NCBI GenBank assembly: GCA_965372715.1
Contig: CBDVDH010000006.1
Coordinates: forward strand, 1-64,000
Origin: an uncultured bacterium
GTDB taxonomy: Bacteria; B130-G9
Direction: 5' to 3'
Length of the DNA: 64,000 nucleotides
Each line of letters opens with the position of its first letter. Positions within the stretch are counted from its first letter, which is position 1. Shown here piece after piece: positions 39,316 through 49,658 of the stretch. The position numbers and the translations under genes were made by a program. The notes beneath the pieces are model-generated. The model saw nothing but the letters and a program-made list of their open reading frames with translations. It did no database searches and was not told the DNA's origin.

Positions 39316-40275
39316 CTAAACTGGATAGCAGAGCCTCGGATGCAATTCGTCATTCTGAAATCTGCCGGTGTCGGGCTTGAGCTCCAGCTGGTCCTCAAGC
39401 CACGCGATACGTCTTGCCAGCTCGCGATTCTGGTTCCGCTGCGTGGCGGCCCTACGCTGTGTCGTGCGGGAACTTGCGTAGGTGCTCTCCTCTGTGGGAA
39501 TTGGTGCAGCCACGCTGGCCCCAGGAGATAGGTCCGCCAGGTCCGGCTCACTGTGCTTCAATGCGTCGTCTGAGCCTGTCTTTTTGGCCTTTGGCTCTGA
39601 GTTATGAGCCGGCCAGACACGAACCGTCGGTGGGACGCGTTTCAACCCCTCGCCAACGGCGACCGGGAGTCCACCATCGCCAGCAACTAGCATAGTCTCC
39701 AATGAGGTCAGATCGCTCTCTGGGACGTGAGGTTCAGGGCTAGCCATTGCACAGAGCGACCGTCCCTCCGTCCCTCGGGGATTGGTCTCGGCATCCTGGA
39801 GGACCGTCTCTGATTTCGTTTCTCTCCGCTGTGCGGAAGCGTTTGCAGTGTGATCATCGGCTTCAAGCGTCGATCTCGAACGATAATCATCCCTGGTGTG
39901 AGGCCAGCTATCGTCAAGCAGGCTTGCATCCCTAGCTGGGTGCGGTGAGAACTTGTCAATGGGGCCCTGCGCTGCTTCGATCCTTGAACCGGTGCCTCCC
40001 AATTGGTCCTCCGGCGCCGGAGGCAGTGTATGCTCTCTCTGAGCGGCGCTCTCACTCATCGGCCGTGTTGCCTCGTGTAACCGCCTCATTCTACTCAATG
40101 CACTGATCTCCGGGCTCGGATGCAGCCTCAGAGAATCCGGCTCGTGAGGCGCTGGCATTTGTAGTTCTCCTTTCAGGTCCAGCTGGGTTCCATCGTTGGA
40201 CCAGCCGGGCGCTTGAGCGGCGACATCCTCTAGGAGTATCAGGAATGCCACGGCCTCGAGCTCAATTTGCTCCAT
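39316..40275 (-). CDS. Hypothetical low-complexity protein
   Basis: Start MEQIELEAV overlapping the upstream stop; disorder-like composition. Confidence 0.55.
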   Translation of the reverse strand: MEQIELEAVAFLILLEDVAAQAPGWSNDGTQLDLKGELQMPAPHEPDSLRLHPSPEISALSRMRRLHEATRPMSESAAQREHTLPPAPEDQLGGTGSRIEAAQGPIDKFSPHPARDASLLDDSWPHTRDDYRSRSTLEADDHTANASAQRRETKSETVLQDAETNPRGTEGRSLCAMASPEPHVPESDLTSLETMLVAGDGGLPVAVGEGLKRVPPTVRVWPAHNSEPKAKKTGSDDALKHSEPDLADLSPGASVAAPIPTEESTYASSRTTQRRAATQRNQNRELARRIAWLEDQLELKPDTGRFQNDELHPRLCYPV

Positions 40276-40981
40276 AGTCCCTGCCCCGTCTAGCCGCCTG
40301 GGTCGTTTTGATGCGTTCACGCAGGTTGTCGAAAATGGCGTCGAAGGCCTGCCTCGCTTTCCTACCGTCTTCGCTTGTCTCGTCCGGCGCATCTGGGACC
40401 GACAGGTAGCAGGGCCGTTCGCCATCTCCGCTTGAGCGCGAGATGCTCCTGTCAAAAAGAGGCGCCACCAGCAGTTTTGTTTGATAGATGTGCCGACAGG
40501 CATCGACGCGCAGGGTCATCCCTCGCAGTTTGCAGTGACGGTAAGCCGCCCAGAGATAGTCGTCCATGGCGCAGCGCCTCGCCACTGGGTCGCTGCCCAG
40601 GCATACGGCCCGTCGCTCATCGTCCCATAGGAATATCCTCTCACGACGGGTCAGTTGAGCGCTGCGAGTCTTTTTCGCAGCCTTCAGAAGCATTGACATT
40701 CTGACCATATCCGTCGCTTCCCGTTCGGTGAGAGGGGTAACGTCGTTCGGAAACTCGCGTGTTTGGGCTTGCTGCCCGGCAGTGCTGGCGGCTCGTTTCG
40801 GGGCTGGCCTCTCGTGAAGCCTTTCGACCATTACGGATGGCTTGTTTCGTCTAGCCCTATAAAGGTAGTATATTTCGTCCTGCTTGAACTCAGACATGAC
40901 TCGCACAGGGCTGAAGCCAAACTCAGCAAACATGGATAGCATCTGCCATCTCGTATGCTCAATCGCCTGTATTAGATTCAC
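40262..40981 (-). CDS. Hypothetical protein, first gene of the phage-like operon
   Basis: 239 aa, GAGGAGAGG RBS before GTG. Confidence 0.7.
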   Translation of the reverse strand: MNLIQAIEHTRWQMLSMFAEFGFSPVRVMSEFKQDEIYYLYRARRNKPSVMVERLHERPAPKRAASTAGQQAQTREFPNDVTPLTEREATDMVRMSMLLKAAKKTRSAQLTRRERIFLWDDERRAVCLGSDPVARRCAMDDYLWAAYRHCKLRGMTLRVDACRHIYQTKLLVAPLFDRSISRSSGDGERPCYLSVPDAPDETSEDGRKARQAFDAIFDNLRERIKTTQAARRGRDYGAN

Positions 40982-41012
40982 TCAACCTCTCCTCAAAAGG
41001 AGATGCTCTGGT

Positions 41013-42227
41013 TTGCGGCGTTTAACCCGACGCTGGAATGGACAATTCTCGGCCCGAACTGGGCGCGGCGTCATCCTTTTGCTGCCGTTGCTTGGGGCAT
41101 TTCTTGCGGTTATGGTTCAACAGACGGCGTCTGCGAGCGACCAGGCGGTCGATGATATGTCCATAAGCGTTCGATTGACCGTAAAACGCGAGCCAGTCAA
41201 TGTGGCAGTTGCGCCTGGCGCTAAGGCGCTCTCGATAGTCAAGGGTGATACGGGAGAACCGGCCGCCTGCGGTGACAATGCGAGTTTCGTTTCTATTGAG
41301 GCGGAGGGCTTGTCTCTCTTCCTGAACGGTAAGAACGCTCGCACGAGCAAGATCGCTATCGAATCCCCCGACGGAATCATAATCGTCAACGGCAATCGCT
41401 ATCGCGGCAGGATTGAGGTCGAGGCGGCAGGTGGCGGGCTGTTGATCACAAATGTGGTTCCGCTCCGGTGGTATTTGGCGAGCGTTTTGGGTGCAGAGAT
41501 GCCCGACCGGGCGCCGCTCGAGGCGCTGAAGGCACAAAGCGTGGTATCGAGGAGCTACATCCTGCACAGGATGGCCGACAATACCACTTATCCGCCGGTT
41601 TGCGACTCGATTCTCTCTCAGGTCTATAAGGGGGTATCGAGCGAGAAGCCGTCAACGGTCAGGGCCGTGCGGGAGACGACTGGGCTGGTTCTGACCCACA
41701 ACAAAAGTCCGATCGATGCCTGTTTTTCTGCGTCGAGCGGCGGCCACACGGCTTCGGCGAAGGATGTCTGGGACAATGACGTTCCTTATCTTATAGGCAA
41801 GAGCGATCCTTTCAGCGCGGGCGGCGAGTATGGCGAGTGGAAGCTTGAACTCAAGTCGGACGAGTGTGAACGGCTGCTGCTCCGGGCCGGCCGCGACGTT
41901 GGCGGGCTGCAAGACATCGTTGTGATCAGGACTGACAAGTCGGGGCGGGCGAGCGGAGTCGCCTTGCTGGGGAGCAGGGGCAGAGTCCTCATAAGAGGAA
42001 CTGATCTCAGAATGCTCTTTGGAACGAGGAGGCTAAGAAGCACGATGTTTGACGTCGAGCGCACCCGCGATGGCTTTGTGTTCTCCGGCAAGGGCTACGG
42101 CCATGGGGTAGGGCTTTCCCAGGAGGGCGCGGGCAGGATGGCTCAGGCTGGCTACTCGCTCGAGCAGATACTGCACTTCTATTATACAGGTGTTACGTTG
42201 GAGCGGCATTCTGTTAATCCGAAATGA
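41013..42227 (+). CDS. SpoIID/LytB domain peptidoglycan lytic transglycosylase
   Basis: YRGRIE, YLASVLGAEM, EALKAQSVVSRSY, SQVYKG, GYGHGVGLSQEGA; TTG start chosen after AGGAG. Confidence 0.92.
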   Translation: MRRLTRRWNGQFSARTGRGVILLLPLLGAFLAVMVQQTASASDQAVDDMSISVRLTVKREPVNVAVAPGAKALSIVKGDTGEPAACGDNASFVSIEAEGLSLFLNGKNARTSKIAIESPDGIIIVNGNRYRGRIEVEAAGGGLLITNVVPLRWYLASVLGAEMPDRAPLEALKAQSVVSRSYILHRMADNTTYPPVCDSILSQVYKGVSSEKPSTVRAVRETTGLVLTHNKSPIDACFSASSGGHTASAKDVWDNDVPYLIGKSDPFSAGGEYGEWKLELKSDECERLLLRAGRDVGGLQDIVVIRTDKSGRASGVALLGSRGRVLIRGTDLRMLFGTRRLRSTMFDVERTRDGFVFSGKGYGHGVGLSQEGAGRMAQAGYSLEQILHFYYTGVTLERHSVNPK

Positions 42228-42255
42228 ATGCGGCGATGACACGGACTGTGGAGAG

Positions 42256-43425
42256 ATGACAGGGAACCCGATCAGAGTCGTAATCGCCAGCGGCGCAACT
42301 GGCGGGCACGTGTATCCGTGCATCGTTGTCGCAGAGGCCATCCGTGAGCTTCGGCCCGAGGCGCGCTTCCTGTTTATTGGTGCAAGCGGCAAGATCGACG
42401 AAGAGATCATTGAGCAGCGCGGATTTGAATTCGGCTCGATTAAGGTCTCGGGCCTTTGCCGTGGGTTCTCTTTCGGCAGCTTGCTCAGAACCGCGGCTGC
42501 GGTCGCCAGACTCGCCACGCTTCGTCCGCTGTTCGAGGCGCTGGGGCACTTGCGGCGTTTCCGGCCGCACGTCGTCTTTGGCGCTGGCGGCTACGTTTCA
42601 GGGCCCGTGCTCGTTGCAGCCCGGCTCATGGGCATCCCTAGAGCCATACTCGAGGCAAACGCTGTCCCAGGGCTTGCAAATAGGGTCGCAGCCAGATTTG
42701 TGGATTACGTTTACATCGGCTTCGAACCGGTTGTCTCGTATTTCAAAGTGCCAGCAAAGGTCGTGCTCACCGGCAATCCCGTCAGGCCGGTCAGCGCGCT
42801 TCGGGGCCAAAGGATGAGGGATCAACTGGGTTTTGACGCGAGAAAATTGCTCGTTACAATTGTCGGCGGCAGCCTTGGCTCCAGGTTTCTCAATGACCTG
42901 ACCGACTCCCTGGTCCCAATGATAGACAATGACGCCGGACTGTCGTCCAGGATCGAGGTTCTGCACTGTGTGGGCCGGAGGTTCTGGGAGGATACGGGGA
43001 GTGAGCCCACGAAATTAGCCAAGGAACTCTGCTTTAAGTACATACGTGTGCCTTACGCCCCGGACCTGAGTGACCTCTTGGCCGCTACCGACATCGTAAT
43101 ATGCCGGGGTGGGGCAATTACGCTTTCGGAGGTCGCTCTCGCAGGCGCCGCATCGATCGTTATTCCGTGGCCTAAGGCTATGAATAATGAGCAGGTCAAG
43201 AACGCGGAGTATTTCGCTCAACAGGGCGCTTCTTTTTTGCTGAAGGAGCATGAATGCGACGCTTTGACGCTGTTTGACCGTCTGACGGAACTTGCTTTGG
43301 ATGACGATTCACGCGAGCGAATGCGCGTTCGGAGCCGCCAGCTAGCAAGGCCCGGAGCCGCAAATGACATCGCCAAATCTCTCGTTCGAATTGCAGAGCG
43401 CAAACGGGTGGATAACCAGCCGTGA
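42256..43425 (+). CDS. murG: Undecaprenyl-PP-MurNAc-pentapeptide GlcNAc transferase
   Basis: GATGGHVYP, GGYVSGP, EANAVPGLAN, TGNPVR, GGSLGS, RGGAIT.SE, EQVKNA. Confidence 0.92.
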   Translation: MTGNPIRVVIASGATGGHVYPCIVVAEAIRELRPEARFLFIGASGKIDEEIIEQRGFEFGSIKVSGLCRGFSFGSLLRTAAAVARLATLRPLFEALGHLRRFRPHVVFGAGGYVSGPVLVAARLMGIPRAILEANAVPGLANRVAARFVDYVYIGFEPVVSYFKVPAKVVLTGNPVRPVSALRGQRMRDQLGFDARKLLVTIVGGSLGSRFLNDLTDSLVPMIDNDAGLSSRIEVLHCVGRRFWEDTGSEPTKLAKELCFKYIRVPYAPDLSDLLAATDIVICRGGAITLSEVALAGAASIVIPWPKAMNNEQVKNAEYFAQQGASFLLKEHECDALTLFDRLTELALDDDSRERMRVRSRQLARPGAANDIAKSLVRIAERKRVDNQP

Positions 43426-43687
43426 GAGGTGGGTGACGAGGGATGGGGCTGGACCGCAAAAAAGGGGCGCACTATTGATGTGCCCAGGCTTGCCCTTCTC
43501 CCAAGTTGCGTGCTAAGTTCACAGACAGTAGAGGATTCAATTTGAATGTCTCAGTTTATCGTATGGGGATGAGGTGTTGTCGAGGGTATTCGGTCGTGCG
43601 AGCAACCGTCCCAATTGGGGCGTGAATGCTACACTCGGGCCATGTCTCCGCTGTTCATCCCCTGATACAGGACATCGCTAGCAGAAG

Positions 43688-44983
43688 TTGGTCAACGCTA
43701 AGTCCTCTTGGAAGCTCATTCTCGTCATACTGGTCGTTGGCTTCGCCCTCAGGATAGCGTATTTCACTTGGGCGCCCCCAGACTACTCCGCAATGGAATC
43801 CGATTATGATGATATCGCGCAGAATATGCTGGCTGGGAAAGGCTTCAGCATTGATGAGAGTTACGGACTTGACCTGCGCAGTAACCCTGAACAGCGGCCA
43901 AGGATGGTCCCGACGGCAGCGAGAACACCCCTGTATCCAGCGTTTTTGGCTACGATCTACAAGGTATTTGGACGCCGAATAAGGTTGGTTTACATCATCC
44001 AAACGTTGATCGACCTACTCAGTGCGTCGATGCTTTACTTCCTTGCATTGAAGATCACTGAAGACGTCAGAATCGCACTCATGTCGATGGCGTTTTATGC
44101 CCTATATATGCCCTTTATGGAGCAGGTTGGCGTCTTGCTCAATGAGACCGTGTTTGGCTTCCTCGTGCTCTTGTTCGCCGTTGTGGCGTTCTACGCCATC
44201 GAGCGATTTTCTCTATCGGGCTTTCTGCTCGCAGGCATCGTGATGGGTCTGACCACTCTTTGCCGTCCGACGACCTTCTTGTTCCCGGCCTTTTTCATCC
44301 TAATGACCCTTATAGTTGGCCGAACGCAACTGAGGCGCGCGAGCATCAATAGCCTCGCTTTCTTGATATTGTCTCTTGTATTGATAATGCCGTGGGTAAT
44401 ACGAAATTACTTAGTTCTGGATTACTTCGGTCTTGTGGGCACGATAGGTGGGGAACAGATTTTTGCGGCTAACTACGATTTCTCGGATCACGGCGTGCCG
44501 TGGCCGATGGTCCCGCTGGACCTGCGGGAGAAGCTGATAGGCAAGACCCCCGTAGAGCGAGACAAGGTCCTTACCAGGGAGGGGCTTAAGCTGATAATCG
44601 AACATCCGATTCGATTTATTAAGAATGTCCTGTTCAGGACATCTACGTTCTGGACATCGATTGGCATGGGTAAGCCAGGCCCTTTTTACTACTCCTCAAA
44701 TCGCGCGGGCAACGAGGTCTGCGTGTTTGTTGCGGTGCTCAATCCGCTCCTGATCCTCGCCTCGTTCGTTGCATTCTTGCGGTTCAGGGGGAGATGGGTG
44801 TCAAGGTCCCTTGTTCCACTCATGCTTTTGGGTTACTTTTACGTAATCCACTTGCCTACTTTCGCATTTATTCGGTATAGTATGCCTGTGATACCGTTCC
44901 TGATGATGTTTGCTGCTGTTGGAATGGTAGGCTTGTTTGCAAAGGGGAAGCAGGGCCAAAATTGGATAGGCCCTTCCAAATGA
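43688..44983 (+). CDS. ArnT/PMT-like (GT39/GT83) membrane glycosyltransferase
   Basis: Y..IAQN..G.GF, RTPLYPAFLA, LNET, LCRP, PWVIRNY, RYSMP. Confidence 0.85.
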   Translation: MVNAKSSWKLILVILVVGFALRIAYFTWAPPDYSAMESDYDDIAQNMLAGKGFSIDESYGLDLRSNPEQRPRMVPTAARTPLYPAFLATIYKVFGRRIRLVYIIQTLIDLLSASMLYFLALKITEDVRIALMSMAFYALYMPFMEQVGVLLNETVFGFLVLLFAVVAFYAIERFSLSGFLLAGIVMGLTTLCRPTTFLFPAFFILMTLIVGRTQLRRASINSLAFLILSLVLIMPWVIRNYLVLDYFGLVGTIGGEQIFAANYDFSDHGVPWPMVPLDLREKLIGKTPVERDKVLTREGLKLIIEHPIRFIKNVLFRTSTFWTSIGMGKPGPFYYSSNRAGNEVCVFVAVLNPLLILASFVAFLRFRGRWVSRSLVPLMLLGYFYVIHLPTFAFIRYSMPVIPFLMMFAAVGMVGLFAKGKQGQNWIGPSK

Positions 44984-45233
44984 CGGTGCGTTTTTGGAGG
45001 GAACCCATTGACGACAAGACTGTCTGTAGGCGAGCTCTTTTTTAAGATAGTCTTCTAATGAACTTGTGTATATCGCTCGACTAGTCCGAGCGAGCGAAAC
45101 GTGGGCGGAAGGGGAAATGGCCTCTCGGTCATCCGTTTGATGGCGTGGGTGACGGCAAGGCGGCATTAGTAATAATTTGGCGATTCGCCAGCCGAGGTTG
45201 AGGGAATAGGGCGGCGATGGGGCTGAACTAAGA

Positions 45234-45264
45234 TTGACATAATTGACATATTTCGTCATATTCT
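45234..45264 (+). promoter_or_regulatory. Putative promoter with tandem ATTGACATA repeat
   Basis: attgacata attgacata followed by CATATTCT upstream of 45339. Confidence 0.4.
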
Positions 45265-45338
45265 GGGTGTTAGACGACATTTGAGTTTGTTGCCTTGATG
45301 ACAATGAGAATGCTTTACGTTGAAAGGGAGGAAGCCTA

Positions 45339-48300
45339 ATGAAAGGCATGAAAATCTTCATAATACTCGCCATGTCCATACTTATAGTAACCGGCGGACA
45401 AGCGGTTCTTGCGCGCGGCGTTTCTGCACTCAATGACAGCGCCTCACCCGCAGACCCATATTCGACGTGCAATAGCCTCGTGGTCTTGACAGCGACCGAT
45501 GTTCAACAGATGAAAGAGGCGGAGCGGGCCATTGTCAAGGCCGGCGGCATCGTCAGATTCCGCTTCCCGCCGCATATCTTCTATGCGTGGATTCCGGACG
45601 GGCAGAAAGAGGACCTTGTCGGACGCACCCACATCGATTCGATCTTCTCGGGGTCGCTTGAGCCAACCGCCGTGCGAAGGTTCGGTCGAGGCGCAGTAAG
45701 CGCGGTTCGGAGCTGGAATGAGGTCTTTATCGAGCATACCGCCGGCGTCAACGTCCAGCTGCCTGCGGAGCCGGGACCTATCCAAAACGATGCGCTCGAG
45801 GTCCCAGCAGAGGGGCGACTCTCGCACTACCGTGGGAGCAAGTTGGTCTCTGGCCCGATGGGTCGCGGCCCCAACGACACTTCGGAGTTCATGCTCGGCA
45901 ACGTCGCGATCACGATCATCCTCCCCGAATCGGACGGCTCGATCGACGCTGAGACGGAAGACTGGACGAATCAGGATACTGCCAACGGCATCGCCGACAG
46001 GCCTCAGAAGATCAAGAATGAAATAATCAACGGTCTGAACTGGTGGGTTCTCCGCGAGTCTGAAGAGCGGCCGCCGGCCTCGCTGTTGTCGTTCACGTTC
46101 GACCCGTCCTCGCCAAGAACGAGGGTGACAGGCTATGAGCCAATAACTCGTTCTTCAATGGACGAGCCTCTCTGGGTGTCCCAGATATTCACCGAGATGG
46201 GTTATACTACCGGGACTGCCTGGCAGAAGGTGAGGCAGTTTGACCTCGACCAGATCTCGGACCTCGGAACTGACTGGGCGGTTACGATATTCGTCTGCGA
46301 CAGCCTCAACGACTGGAATGGCCAGTTCACCGATGGGGCGTTCGCGTATGCGTATCTCGGCGGGCCGTGGCTCACAATGACCTACGACAATGATGGCTAC
46401 ACGATTCACTACATGGACGCGGTCTGCGCCCACGAGTTGGGCCACAGTTTCTACACTCTCGACGAGTATCCTGGCGGAAGCGGCACACCCTCCGACTGCC
46501 ACGACTTCTCGGGATACCTCAACTCCGAGAACCTCAACAGTCTCTACGATCCGGGCATGACCGGAACGTGCGATGCCAACTATGGGTGCATCATGAGGGG
46601 TGGCACGTCCGCGTTCACCCGGGGTCAGCTCTGCAAGTACTCTGCGAGCCATCTCGGCTGGGGCGATGAGGACGACGATGGCGCTGGCGATGGAATCTAT
46701 GATATACTCGACTTCTGCCCACATGCGGAGCTCGATCCTCCCGAAGAGGACCCCACGGCAGACACCAGACCAACGTTCTTTGGGAAGGCCTGGATAGACC
46801 TTTCAACTGACGTTCTGGCCAACGACAACCCCAAAGACCCCGGCAATGACTACACCATAAACGTCATAACTAATGTTGAATACCGCTATCAGAATCTCGA
46901 CGCTGGACCGCCTTCAGATTGGCTTCAGTGCGTCCCTGACGATGGCGCCTTTGACGGGCTCGAGGAGCGATACCACTTCACCGTGGGTCAGGACCTGGAG
47001 GACGGGACATACCTGTTTGAGACCAGGGCTAGTCATCTCGGCGGACATGTCCAGGGCGAGCTGGATTGTCCCCTCGATGCGGATGCCAAGCAGACGCTCA
47101 CGATAACGACCGGTCCGGAGGGCGGCCAGACCGACGAGAATCCGCCCGAATGCCACACACCGTATCCACCTTGCTTCGGTCTCTCGGAATCAGGACCGTG
47201 CTACGTGGAGACGCCAACTATCCAGCCTACTCCTGATTGGGCCACCTCCAGAACTGTTGTCATTGGTTGCACGTTCACCGACAAAAGCTGGGTGGACGCA
47301 TCAACTGTTCAATACCGTATTGACGCCAATGGCGACTACGATTACTACGACTGGGGTTATGATGAGGATGGCGCCTTCTGGACCGAGGCGTGGACCGATT
47401 GGGACGTGGAGATGCCGCCCAAGAGCGACTCGCGGAACATGAGAGTTTACGCCGTTGTAACTTACCAGGTGGACGGCCCAGACCTGCACTTTGAGTGGCG
47501 AGCACAAGATATCGACATGGAGTTCCTAACGACCAACGGCTACATTTACTCGGGTCGGCTTAACCGACCGGGGATGATGGACGACTGGCTCGTCAGAATC
47601 GACAGCGATCCACCCCATGTCCTGAGCGCCAGCGCTGCTGATACATCTGGAGGAGGTATCGGGATACAAGAGGGCGATACGGTCACGATAAGATTCGACG
47701 AGGAGACCAACGGCCTTTGGATCAATGAGACCAACATCGACACTATCCTCTATATCATTGATGAATCGATTCCGGAGCAGCACACCTGGGGCAACTGCGA
47801 GGGACTGGTCAAGAAAATCGAATGGACACAGACCAAGTGGCCCAATGACACCCTGGTCGTCACACTGATGGAGCAGGAGCGCTGCCCGGGTCGTATCTGG
47901 AGACCGGACGTCGCCGTTGGCGACCTTCTGTGCATTATGCGCTCCCCAACTGGCGAATACATTGAAGACATAGCGTTCAATCGATGCACTGACTGCATCC
48001 ACATAGACGGCGATTTCGGCGACAGCGGCGGCCCCATTGTTGCTGAAATCCTGGCCAACGGCATCAATCCGCTTCACATAGGTGTCGGAACGCCCCAGGT
48101 CGAGATAACGGCGCAAGTCTCAGATAGCACGACCGGCAATTCGGACGTCATGTTGGTCGAGCTCTTCGTCAATCTCGCCGGCCAGCCCGGCACTGGGACC
48201 GCCATGAACATGACGCCGGCCTATCCGCCAGGAGCTGTTGACGTTGACGCCGCATATACGCTACTTACTAACTCATGGGCGGCCGGAACCTACACAATTT

Positions 48301-49598
48301 ACGTTCATGGCCAGGACACAAGTGGTTTCTGGGGCGACTTCGAGGCCCTGAAGATATACGTCGGCGACGAGTCGATCGGCTGCCTCTATCCGCCAGAGTT
48401 CGACGGTATCGCGCACGCGATCGATACGAGAGAATGCGGCAAGGTTCGGCTTGACTGGGACGAGGCGGAAGATATCAACCAGCCGGTCGTGTATAATATC
48501 TACCAATCACGAATTGATTCCCTGTATGACTTCTCGAACCCGACATACACCAGTGAAAACCTGTTTTACGAGATTACCATGCTCGATAACAACGTGCCGT
48601 ACTACTACGTTGTCAGGGCCGAAGATAGCTGCGGGAATGAGGAACGAAACTTCGTGCAGCTTGAGGTTTACCCCAGCGATGGTCAGGCGCCTCACTTCGA
48701 GGGTCTGAGCGATATCGACAGCACAGGCTGTGCTAGCCTTGAGCTGGTATGGACGCCAGCGACGGACGACATCTACGGCTGTTCGTCGGAGCCGATCCTC
48801 TACAACATCTATATCGCGTTCAGGAGACGGGGGCAGGATTTCAGGATGCCTAGATATCAGACGAGCGCGCCCGATGGCGTGATCATCACTGACCTTCAGC
48901 ACGACGCCGAGTATTTCGTGGTCGTTAGGGCGCAGGACAGCGCGGCTGATTATCAGGGCGTGGTCACCGGCTACGATTCGACCGTCCCGGGCGGCGACGT
49001 GGATATCCTCATTGATAGCGCTGCGGAATGGCGGGACAATAACATCGTTGGTTCGGTGCTATATCCCAACGTTCATCGCAACGACGCGTTCATAGTAGTT
49101 GAGAATACGAAGACGACCTTGACGATCACACCTGGATACAGCATCGACACGCAAGACGCGACTGTGGGCTCGATATACTGGGTCAAGGGCAAGGGCAACG
49201 AAGACACCAATCTCATAGAGCTGGACGCCACAGCCGACTACATCATCAGCAATGACGAAGAGGACTGGTGGCTTGAGAACCTCCATCCCGCGTCAGGCTC
49301 TACCGTGTACAACGTGGACCACCTGGAGTTCGACATCCTCGACGACTGCTTCGGCGTTGATAAGGACTCCTTCCAGCTCATTCTCGACTTCAATGTGACC
49401 GGTGATGCTCTGATTACTGACGTTTGGGGCGGATATCACGTCGAATACTACCCAGAGTACTACTACATGCCGGACGCTCCTTATTTCGCTGGCGAAATCG
49501 TAGTGACGGTGCTGGCATCCGAGCACACCACTTTCGCCGAATTCAGGGAAGTCGTATACACGTTTACGGCGCTGTATCAGCCGGAGTTTGAAGAATAG
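45339..49598 (+). CDS. Large secreted acidic zinc metalloprotease with FN3/Ig-like domains
   Basis: Signal peptide, AYAYLGGP..CAHELGHSFYTLDEY, CIM turn; two FN3-like repeats (YYYVVRAED, YFVVVRAQD). Confidence 0.85.
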   Translation: MKGMKIFIILAMSILIVTGGQAVLARGVSALNDSASPADPYSTCNSLVVLTATDVQQMKEAERAIVKAGGIVRFRFPPHIFYAWIPDGQKEDLVGRTHIDSIFSGSLEPTAVRRFGRGAVSAVRSWNEVFIEHTAGVNVQLPAEPGPIQNDALEVPAEGRLSHYRGSKLVSGPMGRGPNDTSEFMLGNVAITIILPESDGSIDAETEDWTNQDTANGIADRPQKIKNEIINGLNWWVLRESEERPPASLLSFTFDPSSPRTRVTGYEPITRSSMDEPLWVSQIFTEMGYTTGTAWQKVRQFDLDQISDLGTDWAVTIFVCDSLNDWNGQFTDGAFAYAYLGGPWLTMTYDNDGYTIHYMDAVCAHELGHSFYTLDEYPGGSGTPSDCHDFSGYLNSENLNSLYDPGMTGTCDANYGCIMRGGTSAFTRGQLCKYSASHLGWGDEDDDGAGDGIYDILDFCPHAELDPPEEDPTADTRPTFFGKAWIDLSTDVLANDNPKDPGNDYTINVITNVEYRYQNLDAGPPSDWLQCVPDDGAFDGLEERYHFTVGQDLEDGTYLFETRASHLGGHVQGELDCPLDADAKQTLTITTGPEGGQTDENPPECHTPYPPCFGLSESGPCYVETPTIQPTPDWATSRTVVIGCTFTDKSWVDASTVQYRIDANGDYDYYDWGYDEDGAFWTEAWTDWDVEMPPKSDSRNMRVYAVVTYQVDGPDLHFEWRAQDIDMEFLTTNGYIYSGRLNRPGMMDDWLVRIDSDPPHVLSASAADTSGGGIGIQEGDTVTIRFDEETNGLWINETNIDTILYIIDESIPEQHTWGNCEGLVKKIEWTQTKWPNDTLVVTLMEQERCPGRIWRPDVAVGDLLCIMRSPTGEYIEDIAFNRCTDCIHIDGDFGDSGGPIVAEILANGINPLHIGVGTPQVEITAQVSDSTTGNSDVMLVELFVNLAGQPGTGTAMNMTPAYPPGAVDVDAAYTLLTNSWAAGTYTIYVHGQDTSGFWGDFEALKIYVGDESIGCLYPPEFDGIAHAIDTRECGKVRLDWDEAEDINQPVVYNIYQSRIDSLYDFSNPTYTSENLFYEITMLDNNVPYYYVVRAEDSCGNEERNFVQLEVYPSDGQAPHFEGLSDIDSTGCASLELVWTPATDDIYGCSSEPILYNIYIAFRRRGQDFRMPRYQTSAPDGVIITDLQHDAEYFVVVRAQDSAADYQGVVTGYDSTVPGGDVDILIDSAAEWRDNNIVGSVLYPNVHRNDAFIVVENTKTTLTITPGYSIDTQDATVGSIYWVKGKGNEDTNLIELDATADYIISNDEEDWWLENLHPASGSTVYNVDHLEFDILDDCFGVDKDSFQLILDFNVTGDALITDVWGGYHVEYYPEYYYMPDAPYFAGEIVVTVLASEHTTFAEFREVVYTFTALYQPEFEE

Positions 49599-49658
49599 TC
49601 AGCTCGTTAATGAGTGTAAGAACGAATAATAGCGAAAACGCAAAAGGAGATAACGACC

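Noticed and set aside
28724-40981. Complete prophage or diversity-generating retroelement
   Set aside because: No integrase, terminase, capsid or reverse transcriptase, and no TR/VR pair noticed
40884-41012. Long N-terminal extension of the SpoIID ORF
   Set aside because: Overlaps the divergent 40981 gene; a better RBS and signal-like segment lie downstream
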